A stretch of DNA of 64,000 nt from Octopus sinensis (Eukaryota). A program made the translations under genes and the position numbers. Of the stretch, positions 40,914 through 54,729 are shown in pieces. The stretch is taken from assembly GCF_006345805.1 (NCBI RefSeq), contig NC_043015.1:3844001-3908000 (forward strand), written 5' to 3'. Position 1 is the stretch's first letter. The number at the start of each line of letters is the position of its first letter. The notes below the pieces were generated by a model. That model was not told the origin of the DNA. It did no database searches and saw nothing but the letters and a program-made list of their open reading frames with translations.

Positions 40914-42626
40914 AACATATGTGCGTCCTGTCGTTAATACAGATTTTATAGTGTGAGCAATATTACAGCTATTCTGACAGTATCAATGAAAGTTGTAGAT
41001 TCTTTCGTCGCCTCCAGTAATTATAGATTTGTTCCTTACGTTCTGTTTTCTTTTAATTACCATTTCTTTTAAAACTTTAGAGGATTCGGAAAGCAGACAT
41101 ATTACAATTGTTACTACTCAATTCCTATTTCAGAATTGTGTGCAACACTATTTCTATATTAAATTAATATTAAATATTTTCTACATTTGCTCACGCATAT
41201 CTTAATCGTCATTAAGAATAACAACAGGGTGTCTTTACCATCCATAATACTAAAAGTATCTAGCTCACGAATGATGACGTTTCAATTACGAAACAAAATA
41301 GCAACTGCTTTTGCATGAAACATAAAACACATATTTATGATTAGTCCTGATATCAAAAAACACGCTTTCATTTAAATTCGACAATGCAAAAAAGAAAAAG
41401 AACGAAACAATATTTAATTAATATAGCCTAGTAAAGTCTTCTAATTTTATTTTACACTTTCGTAATACCACCTGTCAAAACACTTTGATATTTGTTTTCA
41501 TTCAACTGGTTTCATAACTTTTTCAAAGTTCTGAGACATATGCATTTTTGATTAAATCATGCAACAAAATAAATTTAAGGACCATGTACAATCAGTTATG
41601 TAAATTATTTCTAATAAATATGTGTGTTTGCTTGTGTGTAAGTGTGTGTGTAAGTATGGATAGATATCTATGTATGTCGATGTATGTATGTATACTTATG
41701 TGTTCATATCAGTACGCATTACCGAGAAACCCACACCAATGATATGTATATGTACCGTCTTTCATATCATATATTGTGGTGCCTTTGTAAATGTATAGTG
41801 AGTTGTGTGTGTCTGGGTGAATCTAGATTAGGATTAAATAGGAAAGATCTTGGTTCTATAAGTGATCACATTCGTACACAAACTATATATTTAATAATAT
41901 GAATTGATATGTAATTATCAAATTCTCGTAAACTTTGTTAGTTAACTGTTCAATGACACGAAAATATGATATAACTTTCGCAAACGTAATATTTGTTCAC
42001 AAGCAGTTGATGCGTATATTATAGTCTAAAATATAATGTCCTACCCAGTAACAATTCCATAATCACATAAACTTTTACACTGCAAAATTAGGTTGTTCTG
42101 GATAACAATTTGGTGAAATTAATATTTCTTTCTGCTGTTGTTTCCAATCGTCTTGTTGTTAATGGTGATAATAATGATCGTGGCATTGTTTATAATGATG
42201 TTCTTGTTATTGTAACTTCTCTCGTTTCGCTTCTAATGAACCTATTTTCAATGACATTTTACGACATCGTTATGCAAAACTTTCATTCGAAGTTTATATT
42301 AGTATGCCAGGTCGCATACCTAATCCTTAAGCAATGTTTTTTATTTGATTCTGATCAGTTTGGAGCACCATCGTTATATTGTTAATCACTTATGTAGGAA
42401 AGAAATATTTAACACGTTGAACTTGAATTTCTGTGTGAAAACCACTCTAAATTAGTTCATAATACTTTCATTTCATACGTCTGCTTCGTAATGGGCAGGT
42501 TGCAGAATAAACAATGGCCTAAAAATCTTCAATACATTTCAATGAATTGTCCTTTTCTGCAAGAGGAATTTAATATTCAATGATACATATACACACTCAC
42601 ACATTTATTCATCTATACATACACAC

Positions 42627-42697
42627 ATACATACATACATACATACATACATACATACATACATACATACATACATACATACATACATACATACATA
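42627..42697. repeat. (CATA)n microsatellite
   Basis: Direct reading. Confidence 0.95.
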
Positions 42698-42757
42698 CTT
42701 ATGTATCGTATGCAATCTTGATCAGAGAGAGCAGGAACTGAGTGTCAGGTACATATA

Positions 42758-43053
42758 TACGAGGTGGTATATAAAAAATTTCCTGGCTAGCTTGAATTAA
42801 TAGAGACAATAGCGTATTTACCTAAGTAGCAATACCATCGGAATGCTGCTGCTATAAACCGATCTCAGTGCCCCTGAAACCTTTGCCTTGTAATCATATT
42901 CCGTAACCGAGACCTACGATTCGCTCTTGATACGCCAACGGCGTTAAAACGTTGACCTTTGAGCTGAATTTTCATGTTGGGAAAGAGATTTGAGTCTGCA
43001 GCAGCTAAATCTAGCTAATAGAAGTGGTGCAGAGGCCGAAATGTGATGTCTTT
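42758..43053 (-). mobile_element. Mariner transposon 3' fragment with TIR end
   Basis: Minus: LHDNNAPSH..REFLTK..Y*LDLAAADSNLFPNMKIQLKGQRF (HDNA..H, YSPDLAP.D..LF); ends ..CCACCTCGTA. Confidence 0.8.
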
Positions 43054-44386
43054 GGTGAGAAACTCACGAGTGGGGAAAGCTCCGTGAGAAGGTGCATTGT
43101 TGTCATGGAGAATCTAGTTTAGTTCAGTTACTCCTTAGTTGATATCCACGCTTCTCATGTTGATAATCCATATTTTATTTTCGTCTTTCTTCATTTTCTG
43201 AATATATCATCGTTTCCAGAATTAGTTCATTTAATATTGATAATTCCTCTCTCATACATTCAGTCCTGTGTTTTTTAGTTTAATTTATTTATTTTTTACT
43301 TTGACTTTTACTTCTCTTGTGTGGCTTTCTTTTCAAGTTTCGTTTCGTTTGTCTTTCCGAAGGCAATGAGTTTGTTTCAATTGCTTTAGCAAATGTGTAA
43401 GTAATTTCATTTAACGCAGTAATGAAAGTTTTAATTCTCCTTCGTTTTGTATTACGTGCCCAAATGTATTTCGCGTGCTATTTTGACGTGTTTGAGAATT
43501 GAAATGGTTCTCTATCAATTATACTTCCATATCTTACAACTACAATCTCAATCAGAAATTTCTGCTTTATCCTAAACTAGACTATTTGTATTCTACAGCA
43601 AACGTATAGCCTTCTATACCACCTTGCAGGCTATATTTATCAGGTTCATTAGAATTTCTTGTTTCTTTGAAACTTTGCATGATTCGGTCAGCGGAAGCCT
43701 CTCAATTAAAGTTCCTATTTGGCTACTCTCTTCATGTGGTACTTCCTTTCCTCATTGTCTTATATTTAGGTTGTTTTTCATTGAGTGCCTGTGCGTGATT
43801 ATTTCAGTATCTGAGAGTTAATTATATCAGAAGATATCCCTCCTAGCAATTGCTAACTTGTTTTCATCCAAATACGTAATGTTACCCTGATTTCATGTTG
43901 TAATATTTTGCTATGCATCTGTTACATCATTGGGTACTCTTTGTCCGAATAGCAACGCTAATGCTTGCACACATATACTTACACAGAGGTGACCGCACAC
44001 GCACACATATTTGCGTAGGCAAATCGAAAGGGAATTAATAAGGAAAGCATCAAAAATCAAACGGACCTTTACAGTGAGTATTAATTATTTGTTTGATGCC
44101 CAATGGAAATTTAAGATGGAAATACAAATGACAGGAAGTTGGAGAAATAAAACAGAAATGTGTTTTCGAAAATAGAACAGCATATACTCCGGGTGTGTTT
44201 GTGAATACATGTGACAATGTATGTGTGCAGACGTATATATATATATATACATACACATAAAAACACACTTACACACGCAAACACACACATATATATACAT
44301 AAATATATATGTGCCTATGTCGGCATAAATATGAGTTGTGACTAGTGTGTGAATTTGTGAGTGAATATGCTTGTTTGCGAGTACGG

Positions 44387-44444
<58 letters not shown>

Positions 44445-45199
44445 GTATGTATGTTTGTGTGCCTGTGTGTGTTGAAACTATGAGAAGGATTTTAACTCAT
44501 TTTTACTCCTTCGGATATCAACGACGTCGTGCATTGACCTATAATGCTGTCCACATGCTTTCCTTAATATCGCTGAGAAGATCATTGCATTTACAAACCT
44601 GCACTGAAATATTTCGGTGTAAATACTTTCTATGTTTATCAAGACAGTCTCACATACACAACTTGTATCTCTCTGTTTAATCCATAATTCGTACGATGCA
44701 TACATTCATATATACATATGGATATATTTGCGATTTTATGCAGATGTGAATAAAACAGCAGTATTTGAATACATATCCATATGAATGGTTGTGTGTGTAT
44801 ATATATATATGTTATATGTATGCGAGTAAGTAAGTTTTACAGTAAAATTACATTTCCTTTTTTCCAAATTGAAAAATTATATTTCGATAATTTATTTCTT
44901 CGAAATATATTGTTACATGTAGTTACATAGCATAGAATGACATCTCCTTCGAAATGTCGTTATTTCAGAATGCTATATATCTAAACGGAACATCCTTCAA
45001 GTATAATAGTGAAAATGATATTTTTCTGCAATATGATATACAAGTAATATTATGTAATACAGGAAAAGGAATATATATTATCATAGTCAACCAATTTTAC
45101 TCAGACAAGCTCAAAGATATTCATATGTCAATGTCTAAACATCTCGATCTTATAGCAGTCGTATATATTTCCAAATATTAAGAGAAATTATAAATAGAA

Positions 45200-45406
45200 T
45201 ACTCTTACTCTTTTACTTGTTTTGTTCATTTGAATGTGGCCATGCTGGAGCACCGCTTTTAGTCGAGCAAATCGACCCTAGGACTTATTTTTTGTAAGCC
45301 TAGAACTTATTCTATCGGTGTCTTTTGCCGAACCGCTAAGTTATGGGGACGTAAACACACCAGCATCGGTCGGCAAGCAATGTTGGTGGGACAAACAGAC
45401 ACACAA

Positions 45407-45443
<37 letters not shown>

Positions 45444-45608
45444 CATATATACGACGGGCTTCTTTCAGTTTCCGTCTACCAAAAGCACTCACATGGCTTT
45501 GGTCGACACAAGGCTATAGTAGAAGACATATGCCCAAGTTGCCACGCAGTGGGAATGAACCCGGAAACATGTTGTTTGTAAACAATCTACTTATCAAACA
45601 GCCACTCC
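45200..45608 (-). mobile_element. SINE family B, full length
   Basis: Reverse complement of 17224-17591, with (CA)n(TA)n linker. Confidence 0.88.
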
Positions 45609-48561
45609 TATGCCTATGAAAACGTAAATGCAACAAGCCTCATTTAATCATGTAATGACAATATCAGTTTTGTGATACAAGTAAATACTGATGCACGCCG
45701 TTTATGGAAATTAAAATTGTTAGATGAATTCATTTTATAAAGAATTACGTTAATGTATTCAACTTGTAAGATGTTTGTTTATTTTCACTTGCATTTTTAA
45801 AAGAAGGCAAAGGAAGTCTTCAATAGCCATAGTTTCACTATATCTGAACATTAAGTGTTCCGTTTTTGTTCTAAGGAGAATTCAAAATTAACAGCAGGGA
45901 TGTTAGGCGAAACCCGGACGAACCTAACATACATAACGAACCAAATGAACGTACATGAATTAATAATAAAATATGACAACAAAAGAATGAATGAGACCTC
46001 GATATTATGTAAATAGAGGAATTCATCTATAAATATAGAATAGGACAATCAGTGAGGTGTCATAATAAAACTCAGATTCAGATGCTGGTACTGAAGCCTG
46101 CTCCGGCAACTCAACAGTTAAGACGGAAACTCTATGAAAAAATCCTTGAAGAAAGGGAAGTTACTACAATAGTCGTGGATGTAAAACTTCGTTGATAACA
46201 TTTTTCATATGCACACATATACTCACATACATACATGTATGCACACACACACATGTGTATACGTGTACATATACACACATATATATATATATATATACAC
46301 ATGTAAACATACACACATATATACATGCATACACGCATACATGCACACACGTGTATGTGCCCATGCACACATCATTGTGTTCATGTACACATCGTTATAC
46401 TCACATGCACATACATACGCCGATATACAAAACCACGCATCTGTATATATATGTAAAAATATACACACCGGACAAAGAATGCCTATCTATAATTGGTAAG
46501 AAACAGCTGCCTATATTAAAGGTCACTTCGGGGAATCTATGGAGTGTGAACCATATACTTTTCCTCTTCCTATATTTTCTTTTCTTAATTTCTGGACTAA
46601 TAACAGGTGTATAGGTTATTTCCTTACTAACACCACTATCATTAAGAGATTTATCATATATTAATGTAAGTTTCTGCCTACCACCATATTGTTTGAGAAT
46701 TTAATTAAAAAACATTTGTAAGAGAATTTCTAGCCCTTCCTGCGATATGAACATATTTAATAATGTTACACCAATATATAATAACGCTCTGAAAGATAGT
46801 GGTTTTAGTAAGTTTATATGACAATTATATGTGAATGAATCACTTTCATTTTGTGGCCATTATATCTCAGAATAATTACTACTTCATGACAAAAAATGCA
46901 AGCATATCAAATGAATATCAATGTAACTGGTATGTGAATCGGGTTTCCCTCGGTATAATTACATGAAGAAATTAAAAATTATATCGTTATTAGAATGTGA
47001 TACATAATATATAATTCATAATTGTATAGAAATATTTTACATTGCCTCAGATGTGAAATACTAAAATGAACCACGGGAAAATTTTTACAGGAAATAAGAA
47101 ATCTGAACAAAGTATGTATGTTAACTGCTTCAGAGTACCGTATATGATCTAGATTACAATAATGCCAAAGTCCTTGTCGTCAACACTAAACCCTTTTGTT
47201 GGTTTAAGTCGTATCAAGCAAAATGAAACAGCCGTGAATAGAAAAAAAGTTGTTACAACTTTAAAAACTCTGTTTCCTCTTTCATACATACAATAAGGAA
47301 GCACTATCTAATTTGCACACACAAACACACACAGAGACAGACACAGTCGCAGGGATACTCACACACACAAAAACACACACGTACGCACACGCGCACACAC
47401 ACAAGCACACGCACTCACACACACATATATACACACACATATCGCTCTAACTCTTTTGGAGTTAGAGCCTCCATATTCTTTTGACCTGTACTTTGAAATG
47501 TACTACAGGACTGGATATCTTGCTCATAAGATATGGCTTCATTATACTACTGAAAACTACGCCGAGTTTTTCATTCCGTAATTTTAGTCAGTAATACATC
47601 CTGGATCCGTTAAAAGTAAATATCTCATCCAGATGGACAGTCGAATATCTCCAATAGCTCTGAACTAAAACAGAGTTTACACTTGTGAACTGTTAACATA
47701 TACACAACGTCATTTCAAATTTAAATATCTACTATTGGCATAATCAAATTCCTACAATTATCAAATCTATAGCTGACTACACGTGGTTGAATAATTACTA
47801 ACAATGTCAAGAGTTTGAGGTTAAACATGATGCTGAGAAACAGTACATAATTATCAATGTAAATGACTATTATAATGAAAGATATTGTGCGCCTTATTAA
47901 CGCAGTATGCATTTAGAGGAAACCCAATGTGTGTTAGAGTGTACAGTTCAGGAGGTTAGCAACATTATGACAAAAGTTCATTGCTTTAATTTCTCGGTCA
48001 ACACGTTTCTTATGAAAATATTGATTGTCTCTCAAGCTCTGATTATTTACATAGTAACAATGTAGAATTTTAATTAAAAATATTCATTCCATTAGATAAA
48101 TATCAATAAAATCATAAGTGAATCAAAGAAAAATTATTAAAGAAACATTTTATTAATATTATAAAATGTTCTTTTTTTCTTACTGCTTTCGATGATGTTA
48201 TTAGTATGATATTTTTCGACTGATCTCTATACAATACGATACTGCAGTCCCAATATAGTATTTAAGCAGTATAACAAAAACAGTAATTGAGTGTTATTTG
48301 ATTTATGTGCTTACATATGTAGCAATTTATATTCCTGTCTGGGTTTGTAGGTGTTTGTATGCCCGCACACTGATATACATACGTACACACACACACAGAT
48401 ACATATAGACACAGAGGCACATTGGTCAACAAAAGCGCATATATATTTTGAAAGTTTTCATCAACAATATATATCTTCCAATACAAGTGTGATTTTAAGT
48501 CATCTCTCAAATTCTAACGTCTTCACACAGATGCAAGATTTATAACAGCTTTACATAATAC

Positions 48562-48815
48562 AGTTCTATATTCAAGATATGAGGAATGATATACATTATT
48601 TATATTTGATGGATATTTGTCCTTATCTTGTTTCTTGTTAACACAACACTTTGGCTGATGTACTCTCCAGCCTTTATCTAGGAAGAATTTTCGAACATAG
48701 GTTCTCCTCCCTAAGGATGTTTTTTCTAAGTTGTTGTTGTTGTTATTATTGTTATTATTATTCAGGGCACTGAATCGAACTCGGCACGCGCTCTTAACCA
48801 CTACGCCATATGCCC
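48562..48815 (-). mobile_element. Composite repeat: tRNA-like head + (AAT/AAC)n + decayed hammerhead
   Basis: Minus: TGGCGTAGTGG (A box), GAGTTCGATTC (B box), AATAAT..AACAAC, then CTAGATAA-AGGCTG-GAGAGTACAT-CAGCC-AAAG. Confidence 0.55.
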
Positions 48816-49336
48816 GTGGGCAATTATGGAGTGAATTTTAGGCCGTATAAATCTAATATTTTACTATTCTTCTTTAATACCACTTTCTATATGCTGCTCA
48901 TATTTGCACTCGGTCTTCTTAGGGGGTTGTCGTGTCCTAGCATATGTGCTGCTTCTTTTAGTTTTCATATTTTCCAGTGGTGTTGTTTGTCTATTAATTT
49001 AACGTCATCCAATAGATGGGGCTTTACATAAAATGAAAATATTTCCGGGACTGGAAATTTAGCAATAAATATTACTTCCATATGGTTGTTGTTTTTTAAA
49101 CAAAAATCCTGCATGAAACACATGGTTCAAAACATGATGTAATACATCAAAGATTTGGGGTGAAGTTTCAAGCCCTTTTCGTTAACACAAAGAAGAGTCA
49201 TGAAAAATGATTTTCTCTGCATTTGAAATTTAAACGGAAAAAGTATTATTAAGTTACACACAGGTTTTGTCGGAATCTCAAAAGGCCTTTCACATGATGC
49301 AACTACAGGGTATGAAGTAAACGGAGAAAATACTTC

Positions 49337-49377
<41 letters not shown>

Positions 49378-49439
49378 AAGGTAAGGGAAATTAAACAATA
49401 TAACTAGATGCGCATATACAGATTTCTATGTATATTCTA

Positions 49440-49984
49440 ATGCACGCTGCAAACGTTATACTCTCCATTGGGTTATAACTGGATTTTGTTCGTTACCTCA
49501 CCTCACTGGTACAAACGAACTTATAGGGTTTTCGGACTTCTTAAGACATAACTACATCTAATGTTGTTTTTCTTGTTCCTGAAGCAGTTGTTTCTGAAAT
49601 TCATGTTGCTCTCTTTGCTGCTGCTTTTGCAACTGTACTATAAAAGCTTATATGTCTTCCATCAAGAAGATCTTGGTATCACAAAAAATTTGTTAACTGA
49701 CCTGTGTCGCCAATAATGTAACGTAATTATTGGTCGCCAGTTACTGTTGCATCGGCACATTTTATGACGATACATTTGGACACTAAAGCTGTGTAAAAAC
49801 AATAAAATATGTAAGGAAACAGGGTGAGGACAACGTAGCAATCCAACAAACTCCACGAAGTATACACGAACAGACATACGATATTCCGACAAATTACCAA
49901 AATGACACCTTAAGTCTTCCATACATTAAAACCTACGTCCGCCCACTCAGACCGCCACAGCTTCTAGTCGTCCGCTCAACAACA
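49440..49984 (-). mobile_element. Gypsy-type LTR retrotransposon 5' remnant: LTR (49717-49984), PBS, gag start
   Basis: Minus: TGTTG..GTTACA, 4 nt, TGGCGAC (PBS-like), then MEDI*AFIVQLQKQQQREQHEFQKQLLQEQ..SYNPMESITFAA. Confidence 0.7.
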
Positions 49985-50554
49985 TATGTACATATGAGTA
50001 AATAGACAACTGGAGTAATAAAGATAAGACTAAGAGATTGGTAGTAGTTATTTTCAAATAGGTTTAAATGGTTTTCCATACATTGTGTAGATAGAGTAAA
50101 TTTGTTTCTGTATACTTGATTTGAAGCATGTATATAATATAGAAATAAAGCAATACTGAAAACTATATAACAAAATATAATTTCTTGTGTCCTTAAACAT
50201 CTCCACCTCTAAGTGGTTTGTGGCAATTAGTATACATGAGAATTTTGAGCAACTCTATATGAAAAAGCAATCTAGATTTCTCGAATTATGACAGATCATT
50301 AAGTAAAAGGAAGGCACATATAAAAGCAGACAAATTTGTCGTTTTTATATAAATTACAATGAATTATTGAAGAAGCGCAGCTGCCTTTTATATTGAAAGA
50401 AATACACAATATCCTCCTACAAATACATTCATAGATCCATACATACACGTTCACTATCTCCCTCTTTCTTGCTCACTCTCTTTCTTTTTCTCTCTTTCTC
50501 TTGCCTATCTACGTCACTCTTCCTGTCGCAAACGCATACATGCATAAACATACA

Positions 50555-51770
50555 CAGGGTGCATCAGATTTTTGAGGAGAATTCGTTCAAGAGCACTACA
50601 TTTATTCAAACTTCCATTTTCCCTTACTTTTCATATAAATTATGATGGACACCAGGTCGATAAAGCAAATGGAAATTTAGAATTTTGCCGTTGTTACAAC
50701 ATAGTAATAAGTCACCTCCTGAAAAATGCTCGATCCTTCATTATTAGAATTCGAATGAAGCTGGAAGCTCTAAAAGTGATATAACATGTGCAGCTAAACG
50801 CAAAAGCATGTAAAGGGTTTTAATACCATAAGGACATAAACTTACACAAATATCCAATAAATACTCGGCAGAAACTCCGGCAAGTCAATCAGAGCCATTG
50901 CAAAGGACATCCAAGTTTCAGAATGTACTATCAGAAAAGATGTACCTGAGGAAATCCACCATATGTGATGAATAATAGTTAGTTTATATAAGAGGTGATA
51001 AAAGTGGATCCTTGAGAATATGTAAAGCGCTTGCTTAGCTGGTTAAAACAGTTTACTACTGTTGAAGCCATTGGTCTAAGATGATAGCATTTGCCGTTTT
51101 AACTTTGCATTATCACTCTTAAGAAATTATATAGCACCTCTGTAAGCGAATGTGTTTTTTTCTTTACTGACTATACAATGATATTTTATAGATATTTTAT
51201 TACTATTCTTTTAGTCCGATAGACTATGCTGAGTATTCATGCTCATGATAATAATATAATTGTATATTTATTCCTGTATACTTGTGGTATCACAAGGCAT
51301 AAGATATATACATTCTCCTTTTGCCGTTCCAATTTCATTTGCCCATTTTATCTATATTGAATAGAACGCAATATTATCAAAAGTCTTTGTTCAAAATTTC
51401 ACATGGAAGGACAAATTTCTAATTTAAAACACCATGAGGCTGGAATGTTCTGCTTTATCTCCCCAACAGGAAAAACGGATCATATACAAGTAAACCGTAG
51501 AAACGTAGACTGTTATGCCTAAACTCAACTATGCTTCTTCTATCATGCATTCTAAGATCCCAACCACTGTGATGGTACTGGAAGACGTAGGCAACAAATG
51601 AAATGTCATGCTTCCTCACATTTTTCGCAGTGGTTAAGATTCTATATTGTTCTCTACGTAAAAGTACTGGAGAAAGTTGCGACGCCCTACACAATGAGAG
51701 TAGATAGCAGGATCAGGTACGTCTTCCAAAAATACTGCGCGGTTTTATATGGCAATGACAAACCAATCGT
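50555..51770 (+). mobile_element. Tc1/mariner (maT/DD37D-like) relic in two pieces (50555-51010 and 51450-51770)
   Basis: CAGGGTG end; GKSIRAIAKDIQVSECTIRK (HTH-like); MHSKIPTTVMVL..MLPHIF..YVKVLEKV..RYVFQ. Confidence 0.65.
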
Positions 51771-52139
51771 GCATGCATGCTAATTTATTTGCTCATATTC
51801 TCTCAGACATATATATATAAGAAAGTACGTGAAAAAAGCATAAATAATTATCTTACGAAATTCATTAGCTTACACACACGCGCACAATAATACAACTCGC
51901 AGAGACACAGAGATAACTACGCTGGGATTTGGGGGTTTTGCGCAGGGATTTGGGTTTCTCTATATACAGAAACTATATACAGTTTGCGATGGAGAAATTG
52001 TCACCATTTATTACTTTTCTTATAAGTTCTGGCGTTTGCGCCCTTTGTTTTTCATTTTGTCGACTACAGAGTACCGTAGGGTCCGTTATGCAGTGTCTGC
52101 GACAAAAAAACAGCACTACGATGCAATTCACTTACCCAG

Positions 52140-52178
52140 GAATTTGGAAACAATTTGGAAACAATTTGGAAACAATTT
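52140..52178. repeat. 11-bp tandem repeat (AATTTGGAAAC) x3.5
   Basis: Direct reading. Confidence 0.9.
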
Positions 52179-52189
52179 AAGAGTGCTTG

Positions 52190-52800
52190 TGTGTCAGTCG
52201 GAGGACAGTGCAAGGTGAGAACATGTGCCGAGAGTGACAAAAATCAAACATCCAGTCAACTTCATGGTGTTTGGAGCGATCACTACTGATGGCGACATTA
52301 AGCCACCATTCATATTTTATCGCTGCCTAACACTCAAAATAAAAGCATACATCAAGTAGATGTAGGAGGTAGTGCTGCTGTGGATTACGTGTGTAACTGC
52401 TGGAAAGACTATATATCTGGCTATAGGACCCTGCACCATGCCAACAAGCAAGAGAACATAACCATTGCTGTCAGAAAATTTCTGCTACCACACAACTTCT
52501 AACATCTAGCCACATAACTCCCCAAATTACAAACCCCTTCATTATTACGTGCGGGATGCGACTGAGTGGAGACTAAATAAAATGTTAGTAACACTAAAGA
52601 TGAACTGAGGACACGTATTATAGCAGCATTCACCAATTTCAGAGGCATGCCGCACAAAAGAGTTGCAGGAGATTCCGAAGAAGTCTGGAGAATGTGGATG
52701 AAAACAATGGCAATTTCATTGAATAAATTTCCTCCCTATTATTCCATGATCTTTTTATGTAATTTTGGTAAATATATATGTTAAAATGAGATATCAATAC
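52190..52800 (+). mobile_element. Tc1/mariner (maT/DD37D-like) transposase catalytic-domain relic
   Basis: KHPVNFMVFGAITTDGDIKPPFIF..L*DPAPC..I*PHNSPNYKPLHYYV..NTKDELRTRI..NNGNFIE*. Confidence 0.8.
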
Positions 52801-52851
52801 TACGTTTCAATTTGTGTAATTTACACGCGAAATTCATCCACCTCCTCATAT

Positions 52852-52927
<76 letters not shown>

Positions 52928-53555
52928 ATGTATAAATATATATAATTTACACACACAAACATTTATATATATAATATTGACAAAGTTATATAAGCTCATT
53001 AATAACTGAAATATTTCAATATCTATCTAGTGAATTGAAGTAGACATAGTCTGTGAAATGCAATAATAGCAGTCAATGATATATTGTTACGGAATAGGAA
53101 TCAGTGCATTCCTTGATTAACTAATTAACCATGATCTTGAAGTCGAACACTGCTAAGGCAATCACAAATATTTATGCATTACACCATTGTTAATTCTGAC
53201 GTCACATGATTGCACAATGGTCATATTTTAATATATAACCTTTTTCGTGCTTCTTATACAACTATTACAGTAATTCCTCTTACATTATAAGTTATCAAAG
53301 TTTAAGCGAGTATACCGTGTCAATGTCAAGCTAACACATCGATAAGGACGGCAATGATTTCTCAAGTCCAACACTAATCACTAATGTGCGCTCAACGGCA
53401 AGAATAGAAAGTTAAACGTCGACTATTCCATTCATAAATCACGAACTGTGTGATCTTGAATTCTACTCTCGTGTATTTAATTAACAAATAATCAAACATT
53501 CCTCTTATCATTTCATTAGTTATAATAAATGGTTGCACCATGCGCTCACACACAC

Positions 53556-53590
<35 letters not shown>

Positions 53591-53789
53591 CTTCATGTTG
53601 GTTATTACTTTTAAAATTCGTAATTTATATAGAGGAATGTGGTCGTTTCTAGGGTTAAATTTAAAATTTATTTTTGCAATAACAGATAGATTTTAATTAA
53701 GACAATACCATGTAAAGTTTCAAAATTTTACTCATCTTATTGTATTCGTGCTTGCATGTAGCTAGACGATAAACGAAAGAAAATAGGTC

Positions 53790-54660
53790 ATAAAGCGGTT
53801 GGTTGTCCTTAGCAACCACTTTGTCCCACGTCCAATCCCACTGCGTATACTTGAGGACAATTATCTTCTACCTTAGCCTATGCGGGCATTAGAATAGTAA
53901 GTGAGTTTGGTTGACGGAAACTGAAAGAAAATGTCTGTGTTTATATATATATATACACGTGTGTGTGTGTGTGTATGAATGGGTGTGTATGTGTGTTTGT
54001 GTACTTACTTGTACTTGTATTTGTGACGACATTCACTCTGGGCGGGTTGAGTCTGCTTCTTCTACCATGGAAGAGGTTTCGTGGGAATATGTGAATTTCA
54101 CAAGCAGACCCCAACAATCCCGCATGTAGAGACATCCTGTTTACCGCAGATTGTCCGCAGACGCAGGGACAGAACGAACGAGGAGCCGCCGGTTGCCGAA
54201 ACAGTCACTCCGAGGATTTTCACCAGAGCCCCGTCTGCCGGGTTGTGACCCTAATACCACTCGGTGTCAGACTAATCAGCCTTGGGTGGCCCTGCCAGGA
54301 ACCGAAGTTCCCGACGACATAGCTCTGACACTATCCGTTGCCAACGTCCCCACCACGGTGAGGAGGGGATGGACTTTGGGCACGTGTGTGTTTGTGTGTG
54401 TGTTCGTTTACATGTTTGCCTGAGTTGTGTTTGTACGTGTGTGTTCCTGCAATGCACATTTCTGCCCCTAACTTCCACCACATGAAAATCGCTGTAGGTT
54501 GTTTTACGTTCCTGTAGCTTATCTTTTCGGCAGCATGGGGCGATAGAATCAGTACAATATTAAAATAAATAAATAATTATTGGAATCATCTTTTTAGGGT
54601 AAAATCTTAAAGGCTGTGCACAGGTATGATCGCAGTCCAATGACTGAGAGAAGCAACCTA
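53790..54660 (+). mobile_element. SINE family B interrupted by a ~360-bp GC-richer insert (54021-54382)
   Basis: 5' half CCCACTGCGT..GACGGAAACTGAAAGAA and 3' half TTTACGTTCCTGTAGCTTA..CGCAGTCCAATGACTGA flank the insert inside the TG linker. Confidence 0.75.
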
Positions 54661-54680
54661 TTAACGATCCTATATATACT

Positions 54681-54729
<49 letters not shown>

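Noticed and set aside
46140-46205. TTGAAGA + hairpin + GATAAC
   Set aside because: Too many core substitutions to support a call without a family consensus.
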